Shown here: positions 39,601-50,800 of the stretch, in pieces | How the letters are laid out: each line of letters begins with the position of its first letter | How positions within the stretch are numbered: the stretch's first letter is position 1 | NCBI GenBank assembly: GCA_965112155.1 | Contig: OZ218098.1 | Direction: 5' to 3' (one strand) | DNA length: 64,000 nucleotides | Source: Podarcis liolepis | Lineage: Eukaryota | Made by a program: the position numbers and the translations under genes | Notes under the pieces: model-generated | Databases searched by the model: none | Seen by the model: only the letters and a program-made list of their open reading frames with translations | What the model was told of the DNA's origin: nothing

Positions 39601-42600
39601 GAGTGAAATACAGTGGAACCTTGGGTTACGTACTGTCCTCCTTACAAATGCTTTGGGTAACGAGCTCCGCTAACCCGGAAGTAGATGCTCCTAGTAGCAA
39701 ACTTTGCCCCCGGATGTGAGCGGAAGTCATGTGCCAGCGGCGCGGCGGCAGCAGGAGGCCCCATTAGTGAAAGCGCGCCTCGGGTTAAGAACGGACCTCT
39801 GGAATGAATTAAGTTCGTAACCAGAGGTACCACTGTAATAGGATCTTCATTCCAATCCTTACTGTGATATTTGCTTATTCGTAAAAAGAAAACACTGGCA
39901 CCTTAGAGTTCCTTATTGAGAAAGGGTTTAGAGTGAAAAGAACAAAAATATGATGAAGGCTGCAACTCCATACAAATTCACCTGGGGAAAGTCCCATTGA
40001 ATTCAATGGGCCTTACTTCTGAGTAGACATGTATAGGATTGCGCTACACAGCTTACACTCCCTGTGCCAATGAAAGAAAGAAAGAAATATCCTCACAAGC
40101 AACTATCATAGCCACAGCCTTATCTCTAGCTCCCTCAAGGGCACAGGCCTGCAGCTGGCTTCCCAGGGACCTACAATGTGTTCCAAATACATAAAAGAGA
40201 TTTGGAAGGTTTGGATAATACCAAGTGTGATGGAAAACTGAGAATGCATTTGGTCCTACCTTGTGATGCCACATTGAGGATACAGTTGCTCACTGCTAGA
40301 ATGGGATTGATGTCAGATGTTGAACTTCTGCTTATGATATTTCCTCCAAAGGACTAAAAACAAAAAGAGGGGAGGAAAAATGCAGTTTCGACACACAAAA
40401 ACGAAACACTTACAATATCAACGTTAACAAATTAAACTGGAAAATATTTGTTTCTCAGTTAACAGTAATCCAAGGTAAAATTTGTAAAAATGTTTCAATT
40501 AAGGAAACATACAGCCACGTTTCGGATCTGCTGTCCACCCAGAGTTTTTAATTGTTGCAAAAGAGCAGAGAATATCTTGGTTTTCTCTGCTGAAAGTTTT
40601 GAGACCGCATCTGTCAGGATGTTTTTCACTGCAGTCAGGCTACACGCAGCTCCTAGAATTAGTCCTGAAAAGAGTAAAACACAGGAGTAAAACACATGCT
40701 GGAACTGCTTTTTCAGAGCTCATCAAGGGGGGAAAATAATCATTTAATGGAGCACAGTGTGCACTTTCAAACTGATCCCACTGCTCTTAAAACTGATAGC
40801 GGGGCCCAAAGATAGAAAACAAAGTTTACTGACCATCTTCTGTGCGTTCCACAACATACAGATCCAATATTCTAGTGGGCGAGATGATAAGTGGATGAAA
40901 TACACCTTTAAATTTCATATCAGGTCCTAAAGGGCAGAAGATAACAGTGAAAATGAGGAGGAAGGGGAATGTTGCTTGATTGCAATTTAAACCTTTGAAA
41001 ATATTTGTTTATAAAAATTGTGAGCCACTTCTGCTACTCACAGATGGGATATGAAGTACTCTAAAGCTAGTAACAATCTAGAGAATGTTTTAAAAGTACA
41101 GTGGTACCTCGGGTTAAGAACTTAATTCGTTCTGGAGGTCTGTTCTTAACCTGAAACTGTTCTTAACCTGAAGCATCACTTTAGCTAATGGGGCCTCCTG
41201 CTGCCGCTGCACTGCTGAAGCACGATTTCTGTTCTCATCCTGAAGCAAAGTTCTTAACCCGAGGTAATATTTCTAGCGGATTCTGTAACCTGAAGCATAT
41301 GTAACCTGAAGCGTATGTAACCCAAGGTACCACTGTAGAGAAAATCCAATAACATATAAATGCTGCACTTTAAAATATGCCACCATAAGATTAAAATGTA
41401 CCACAGTAACCAGAGACTAAACTTACTGCTGGTAAAAGGTGTTGCGTATGTATAGGTGTGGGTGTATTCTGGGCCAAACAGAATTTCCTTGGCAGACTAT
41501 TTTAAATGAAAAGCTGTTCCCACGGAAAAAAATCCCACCATGTCAGTTCGCAGATTTGATCACTGCAAACGAAGGGCCACAAAACAAGGCGCGCAGTGAT
41601 ACATATACTGGTATTACAGTAACAGGATATACCGAAATTCTACAGAAAGAATAAATCACAGCAGCTCCATGAAACCATGGCCTACAGACAGATCACGTAC
41701 AAATCATCTAACTTTAACCAGGAGCTGACTTTCAATAGCTCATAGTGGGGGAGCTGCTCCTTTATGTATGGAATCTACATACCCACAGCAGTATTGCCTA
41801 CTACAAGAGGTGCCTGGGGGTGCTCGGCTTTCAGTTCCAGAAGTTCATTTAGATTTACAGGAGAAATCCACGCAGTCCTTTCTCCATGGTAAACAAGAGT
41901 TTGTGGTGTCTGATCTTCAGCCATTTTCTGTAGGGAAAACAGTATCAGATTCAGAGGTTTGATATGCTTTGGAGTGTGTTTGAACTGCACTGACCTTGCC
42001 CCTCTCCTTCCCAGGACACTACAGCAACATGTATGGTGGGAGGTCAGTTAAGCGCTGCTGCCCTACCACACTGGTAGCCTTAGTACAAATTTTAGGTATG
42101 GGGAGTGGTAGATAAGCTATTGGATGGCAAACCCCAACGTTGGCAAAGCGTTTCGCCAGCTGCTCCAACTCAGGTCAAAGGATGGTTCACCAGTTGCTAA
42201 GTTCAGCCTAACTTCAGCTTTATATTAGTAAGGCATTCTACAATCAGGGCACACAGTAAAGCTATCAGAGCTGGTTGTGTATAGAACCAAATGTCCCCAA
42301 AGGCCTGTAAACACGATCTTGGTAGTCAATATAACTAATCGATGGGAGCTGTAAAATGAAATCACACATGATTTTCTGTTTGTTTTGAAGCTCTGAAACC
42401 TTAGTTTTGGTTCAGTTAGTTGGGAGAGGGGAGACTCCTCACTCTGCCTGCCTGTCAGCCACCCCCATATCTGAGAGATGGATGGAAGTGGGGAACAGGT
42501 CTCTAAGCCAGGGATGGTTAATTGGGCTATTGCTGCCAGCTTACATAGCTTGCTTTTTGTATAAGTAACTCATATACAAATGGCCCGTCATGGACAATGC

Positions 42601-44825
42601 CATGGTGTTTGCCCCTACAACATCTGCTCTGAGGTGCGGTGGCAAGGAACCTTGCATTGCACTGCTGCAAGTCTCTTGATTTATTTAAAGCACTAGAGCC
42701 GATCGCTCTGGCCTTCTGTGCATCTTTCTTTGGAATCCCTGCAACAGGGTGCTGTGGGGCATCAGGTAAACTTTCGCCCTAGTCTGTATTTGGACCCGTG
42801 GGACAGAACAAGGTTGCTTCTTCACAAATTCAGTGTTCACGACTCACCCAGTAGCCCAAATATCACCACATTAAAATGATAGTGGAAATTGGCTCTAAGC
42901 TGCAAGACAACATGCTGTATGTATGCTAATTTTTCTTACTATGAGTTCTGGCGGAAATATTAGTTCTTGAGTGGGATCCAATGGCTGGAATTCTTCTGCA
43001 GAAAATAGTGCTGTGCAAATCTTAAAAAGAGAAAGACAGTACACAAATGTGTGAATTTCCATTGAAATCACCAAGAGTGTGTATTTTCAAAACTGAATAT
43101 TAAGTTGGGTAGATTTCAGACTTTGCCCCGAAGAACTAGCATTTATCACTGTGACTGTGTTATGCTATCATCTCATATTGTCATTGGCCTTTATTACCAT
43201 AAGGCTATCATCTCATATTAGGGTGGCTATGGTTCATTCAATTATACAGTGGCAGGAAAAAGTGCTATGGGTCTTTGCCTATTCCATCTACTTACTTTCT
43301 CTGGCTCTTGGGTTTAACCTGAATCATTCTCTTCCACATGAACAGTGGCCTTTGTTTAGCCCAGTCCACCTGAGAAGCTCGTGAAGAGGCTAACAATTGC
43401 TGCAGCTTAGCTACATGGCTCTAACAAGCCTTTTTTGTGTTCTTATACCAATAATTAAGGAACTTTCACCACTGTAACTAGGCCTAGTTTCACTTCCTGT
43501 GTTTTCTGACAGATGTACGAAAAAGCACATGAACCTTATCTTTGGAGAGTTTGTAAGTAAACCATTTAACTTACCAAATTTGTAGTCTTTTTCTATGATG
43601 GGGAAGAGAGCGACTATGGAAGGGACTCACAAGGGCATATTTTAAAGGTCTAACAACATGTATTTCCCCGCTTTGCTGCATATTTTGTGATTTTCAATCT
43701 CTGCTGGGGTTCTATCTCCAAATACTACCTGCCCCAAACGTGAATCTTGGCATCCAGGAATTCTCTTTTTATACTGATTTTGTTCTTGCCACCAACAATT
43801 GTTACAATCAAACAAACAAAAATAGGAAAGGGGGAGTGTGTTAATCAAATAACTTACCTTTTTTTCATTAGTTGGTGAAGGTAAATAATCTTTTTGATTC
43901 AAGCAACAATCCCCAGAAACTTTATTTTGGCAACAAGAGGATTCCTAAATACAAAATTCAGTAAAGAGAAATATGGATATTAGCAAAAAGTGGAATGGCT
44001 TCCATTAATCCAAAAAGGCCTTAGACTGAACTTTTATTTTAGCTAATAATGGAACTGCCCCTCCAAATTGTATTCATGTATCTATGTATATATTAATAGT
44101 TCTGCAACTGAATTGCCAGAAACAATTTTGGTATTGGGCATGGAATTCAGCCCCACAACCACCTCAATTCTCTTTTCTTTTTATAAAGAAAAAAGAAAAG
44201 GCACAATACATTTTCAGTTAAACAGTCAATGGGAGCAATTTAAGCATGTACAATGAAACCACTGAAAGAGAGGGTCAGAACCATGTGTGAATCCCAGGTT
44301 GAATTCAAAAGCAAGACTTTCTTGAAGTGTAATGCTGGGAGCCCCTCCATTGTAGCCTCAAGGTTGCATATATGTGTAAATATGCCTTATGTCATATGTC
44401 ATAAAGACCCCACAGTCTACACTGTGCCTAATTTCCAAAAGGAAACATGGATTCAGGGTAAGTGCCTGGAACCCATGGAATCTTGCACCACTAGGAAATT
44501 GGGGAGGCATGTAACAATGCATTCGTTTCATAATCAGCAATCCATCTCATAGTTGTGCATGGCCTTTTTTCTGTAGATCATAGGAAGCTGTGTCAGATCA
44601 TCGTTCCATCTTAGAACACTACTCTACACTAATTGGCAGCATCTCTCCAGGATTTTGAGTCCTTCCTAGCACAACCTAGCAATGCTGAGGATTAAACCCG
44701 ATACCTTCTGCATAAAATGCAAATGCTTTACCACTAAGCTATGCCCTTTATCCCAAAATCTGTGAATGCAGAATTACGTCACAGAGAGCAATACCAAATG
44801 GAAATAAGAGAACCAGATGAACAGA

Positions 44826-44856
<31 letters not shown>

Positions 44857-47800
44857 ACCTTACAGAAGGTTTTACAACAGTCAATAATAGGTCTGTAACC
44901 TGTGCAGCGACATAAATTACCTAATTAAACAATAAAACAGATAAGGTTATTTCTTCAAGATAAGAAGACCCAAACAAATGTAGTTTTTTTAAAAAAAAAT
45001 CACTATTTCTATGTACTTAACAGATTTTTATGCTACCCTTAAAAAAACCATCTACAGGGCAACTTACACATGAAACAGCAGCAATGAAATGTTGAGGTTT
45101 TTTTTAAAAAAAATCCAACATAAAAGTAGCATAAAACAATTCAGAGTTTAAAATTATCTTCAAAGTATTTACCAGCGAGAGCTTCCATCATTTCATCCGA
45201 CGTGGGTTCCATCTGGTTGCGCAGCAAAGAGTAGATCGACATCACCATTCCAGGGGTGCAGAAGCCACACTGAGAGCCATGACTTTTAGCAATCCGTTCC
45301 TGGGACAATGGAAAACCTGCTGCAGGATTACCACATTCTCTTATTCAGCTATTTTAAATGAAAGCCTGCTCATGATTCATGCAGGAGCTGAACCTGAAAT
45401 GTTATAAAGGTCACCATAGCTTGGCTTATTGCTTATGGAACCTGCATGTGTTGCTGCGACAGGACATGAGTCGACTGCTGTTGTAAAACACAAGTAGGCA
45501 ATGTGGTACCTTCCAGACCTTGTTGGACTACAGCGCCCATCATTCCTGACTACTGGCCAAGCTGGCCTGGGCTAATGGGAGTTGGGAGTTCCAGTGATAT
45601 CTGGAAGGCACCATGTTAGCTTTGTTTATTCTAAAACAGGGAGCCAACAAGTGGCCTCAAGTGGCAGATGAAGTGGAAAAAAGCAGAAAGCTCAGGAGTG
45701 CTGCGTATGTATTGCACATGAGAGTAGTCCTGTCTGAAACTTAGGGCTTGATTTATAGTTTGCCACATCAGATCCAAGAATCCCCTCAAGGCAGCCTACA
45801 ACATCAGAAAAGCAATTTGAAACAGGCAACAAGAGTTTAAATCCCACATTAAAAAATAACAAGCCCATAATAAAATCACAAAGCAAGAGCTAAAATACAA
45901 AGATCGTAGTCGTCCACCATTGGTCTTAGGAAAGCCCCTGGGCATAGTTTGAGGGGGAAGATTGCAGCCACCTTACTGAGTTTAAGTAGGTCAGGTCAGA
46001 GCCTGTAGAGCAGGCTGCCTGGAGAAACTTTATGTACGCTGCCTTGAGCTTCATGTTGGAAAAAACGTGAGACTGATTAAACAAAATTAAAGCAAAATAA
46101 AACAAAAACATTTTTACCCATCTCTCGAAGGACAAAAAGTTCAGCCACAAGTTATTTTAAATTAGCAAAATGACCATGATGTATGTATGTGTGTGCACAT
46201 GCGTGTACACAGGCATGCACTCTCAGGGGAGACTTGTATATTGTAAGGATCTCTCATTGGTATGTTTGCCTTCACTGCAACATTGTAATAAAACACAATG
46301 TTTTCTCTTCATTCGTGAATGAATGGCTGGAGCTTCTGTATATTCTGGACAAGAGTAACCTGCAAAGCTGGATGTTTTTCTGGATTGGTGCCATGGACTG
46401 ATGTATTAAAATGTACTTAGCTATGATACAACTGGAATGGCTGTAGCCATTTTCACATGTGCATGTGCTCTAATAGTCTGGATGCAGGCTTAACTGCACC
46501 ATACTCGGCCCTCTGCAACCGTGTTCATGAATTGGACAGTTCCCAATAAATATTCACAGCACTGCTGGTTGCTGAAATGTACAAGGAGTAAATAAAAAAT
46601 CTCCCACAAGTTACAGCATGCATTTACCTGAACTGGATGAATCCTGGTTTCTGTATTTCCAATTCCTTCTACAGTGATGACTGCACTGCCATGCAATGAA
46701 CATATGGGAATCAAGCATGCATTGGCTGAATAATGACTTGGATTGTAAAGAAAAATATGTTTAGCATTTATTATAAGTATATTATTTGCCTCTATTATTT
46801 GTGTGCATTATAATTACAAATATATTTAAAATTAAACACTTAGGTTAAAAGGTAAAGGGGACCCCTGACCATTAGGTCCAGTCGTGACCGACTCTGGGGT
46901 TGCGGCGCTCATCTCGCTTTATTGGCCGAGGGAGCCGGCGGACAGCTTCCGGGTCATGTGGCCTGCATTACTAAGCTGCTTCTGGCAGACCAGAGCAGCG
47001 CACGGAAACGCCGTTTACTTTCCCGCTGGAGCGGTACCTATTTATCTACTTGCACTTTGACATGCTTTCAAACTGCTAGGTTGGTAGGAGCAGGGACCGA
47101 GCAACGGGAGCTCACCCCATCGCGGGGATTCGAACCGCCGACCTTCTGATTGGCAAGTCCTAGGCTCTGTGGTTTAACCCACAGAGCCACCCGTGTCCCT
47201 CAAACATTTAGGTTGGAACTGCCTAAAATTGTCACCGCCTGTATTTATGCACTGAGCTACTGTAGCTCAATTGTTTCTGGGTTTGTTTGTTTTCTATTAT
47301 ACTTCTGTCACTTTCCCATAAACATCCTCCAGCATAATACGGAAAAGTAGTATGTAAAGATCACTGAAGCTGAAATTGACGATCACCTATATAGAGTCAT
47401 GAGCATTCACTTTCCATTGACAATACTAGCCTGGGCTGATGGGAGTTGGGAGCCCAATGACACCTGGAGGGCTACAGGTTTCAAGTCCCTGACATGGAGA
47501 TCATGGCACAGCTATAAACATACTTAACCAACAATATTCCTCATCTGAGGAAGACGGTTGCAATGTGCAGTTTACCAGTCTCTTGGCTCAAAAGGATACA
47601 CAATCTTCTTAGCGACAGGCTCATATTTTGAGATCATCACAGTGCATGCACCACATCCGCCTCCACCACAGCCATACTTGGTACCTGTAAGACGGACTGA
47701 AAAATCTGCAGTTAAGGAGGAAATGTTTCGTGCTGGAGCACAACTACACAAATTTTCTGTCTGCTTTAACCTGGAACACCATTGCTCTTGCGACAAACTT

Positions 47801-50800
47801 GTCTTACCCCATCTACATTTAACAAGACATGGACAGGGACCCATAGGTCCTCCAGATGTTCCTGGACTACACAACACTCATCAGCCCTGAACACTGGCCA
47901 TGCTGGCTGGTGCTGATGTGACTTGTAGTCCACCCACATCCTGAGGGTCACAGTTTCCCCATCCTTGTCCTATGGCAATACACATTAAAAGGTACAAGCA
48001 TATTATCTGGGAACCCTTATGGCTATGAAGGGAGGTTGCTTGAAAAAATGGGGGCAATAGCCAGTTAACTATCCAAAGTTGGGATGTGGGACTCAGTAGG
48101 ATTGTAGTCAGCAGCGAGGGACTTTAGTGTTCTCTATATTCCCACGACTAGAGCAGAATAAATAACACAATAAAAGTAATTATAAATTTCATTTGTGCAA
48201 CTGCATAATTTAGCTTTCTTTCGTGCAGGAATTCTGCCTTGAAGCAGAATTTTTAAAATCCAGTTTACATACATCCCCACCCATAGATTATTTCAAGATT
48301 AGAAGCCTGGGGGCACACTCTCAGATTGCAATACTGACCTTTCCTGGGCCTAAAGAGGGTACTGTATCTGTTTTGGGTTGGTTGATTGCACTTTTATTTC
48401 ACAATTCCTCCCAGAAGCTCAGGGTGTCATATGACCCAGTCCTAATGCTATTCTCATAACAAACTTGCCACATAGGCTAGGTTGAGAGATGATGACCAGT
48501 CCAAAGGAACCCACTGAGATTCATGGGTTACTTTTGTGACAAGCAGAAGTTTGTGTTTTCCAAACTAAGGATGTAATATCATGCACTTACTTGGAAGTGT
48601 CACTGAACTAAGAAAAACTTACTGCAGAGTAAGCACGCATTTCATTGGACTGCAAGGTTTTCAAACTGTGTTAGAGATGGGGACCATCACTTCTGAAAAC
48701 AAGCGTTTCCAAAGTGATGATTCAGTGGATTCCTCCCTCAAGTTTATTCTGGGAAAGTCAGTGCTAAAGAGTTAAATGAGGTACAATTAAAATAATAGAA
48801 GTGCAAAAGTTGATTTGTTGCAGGAAAGATTATCGGTAGGCTACAAACTAATGAGCACTACAGAACAAAAAGAAGCAATTCCATTTTCATAACAGAGGCT
48901 TATATGTTGTTTGAAATCATTAATCCAAGCATAAAATCCAAGCATATCATCAGACTTAAGAAAATGACCAGCAGTCCAAAATGGGTGCAACCTCTCCAGC
49001 ACTAAAAACAAAAGGAAAGTTTATGTTAAATAACACTGGCCTTCCTAGTATAAACCGTGCATAATTTGAAGACATCTAAATTAATTTGAAGTGATTGAGC
49101 AATGTTATAACATGGAAATTTTCACATTTATATAACTGACAAAAATTCTGAAGGCACTTTAAATTACTACTTCTTTTCAAGACGCGCATTGCTCAGTGCT
49201 TCATGTTCTTGACTTTTGATATAGAAAGGATTTCATGTAATACACAAAGCATCCTCCCTCCATTTCCTTTCTATGTTTATCGTGTGGTTCACAGGCTGGT
49301 CACAGACTAGCTATAAAACTTTACAGTCAGTCAGTACAAAACCGCATAAATTTAATGCCACATCAACTGAATTAAGCCAAAGAACTGGGATACAAAATTA
49401 TCTAAATGCATGTACAGTAATCTTCCATTATTCTTTCAAGCTGCCAAATGCTAGACCCTCGGAAAACTGAATTAACCCTCATTTTCTCCCCCTCCCCTTC
49501 TAATATGGTACTACAAAATATACAGGCAGATGGAGTTGACAGTGTCCAAATGAAGCTAGTTCCAGTAGCCCTGTGCAGCCAATGCAATAGTCCTAGGTGA
49601 ATATGTTTTGCTCACTTGTCTCATGCCTTCAACGCATGACCTTTGTGTTTACAGCTGTGTGCACAAGGTGCTCACAGTTCCAGATCATGTCTCCATGTTC
49701 TGACTGTAGGCACAGAGGATGGCGTGTTACTTGGCACGTGATGTGGGGAAGCAAAATTACTTGGTATAGTGCCGTTCCCTTCACAAGCATTGGAACATGT
49801 GACTAGAACTCCTGTGTTGGCTAGACTCTCTAACCACTAGAATGCCTTTTAAATGTGAACATTCAACAACACAAATATTTGGAAAGCAAATATGCAGACT
49901 CCTTTCCCTGAGCCTGCATTTTGGTTTTAAAAAAGGAAGCACTGGGAGGCTTAATGACATATTTGTTTGGTGTGTGTGAAGAAGTGGGAGGAGGAGGAGG
50001 AGGAGGAGGAGGAGGAGGAGGAGGAGGAGAAGAAGAAGAAGAAGAAGAAGAAGAAGAAGAAGAAGAAGAAGAGTAGTAGTTTGGATTTGATATCCCACCT
50101 TTCACTCCCCTTCAGGAGTCTCAAAGCGGCTAACATTCTCCTTTCCCTTCCTCCCCCACAACAAACACTCTGTGAGGTGAGTGGGGCTGAGAGACTTCAG
50201 AGAAGTGTGACTGGCCCAAGGTCACCCAGCAGCTGCATGTGGAGGAGCGGAGACGCGAACCCGGTTCCCCAGATTACGAGACTACCGCTCTTAACCACTA
50301 CACCACACTGGCGAGAGAGTGAGAAAGAACAGGAGATGAGTGAAAAACGTAGTAGAAACAGTTGACTTGATTCTGGGCTGCCACAAGCGGAAGAAGGATA
50401 CGTATCTTCCGTAGATAAGGCAGCAATGTCTGCTCAGGGTCGGCATTCTTCTCCACTACCTGCAGAGGGGGGTGAAAACCAGATAGTCATACCCACAGCA
50501 CACATTTAAAGCACTCCTGTACCACATTTAATAGATGTGGCTAACCCAAAAGAATTCTGGGAACTGTAGTTTAGTTAAGGCTTCTGGGAAATGTAGGTAT
50601 AGGTAGGCTCAGGTCTGGACCAAGGTTGGAGAACCTATAGCGCTCCTGATGTTGCTGAATTACAACTCCCATAAGCCTCAAGAAGCACCATCAATGGGTC
50701 AGGGATTATGTGAATTGTAGTTCAGTATCAAAGGTTCCCTGACACAGGGGATAGGTTTTTTGTTTTTGTTTTGTTTTCCATAAAAAGGTAAAGGGACCCC

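Noticed and set aside
43642-43857. Open frame extending AOX exon 7 with a second donor near 43728
   Set aside because: Exon 7 has a perfect gtaagt donor; the extension has no AOX similarity and no convincing acceptor.
49781-50365. ORFs with poly-E/K, poly-L, poly-S/P tracts
   Set aside because: Translation of the trinucleotide tail of a SINE.
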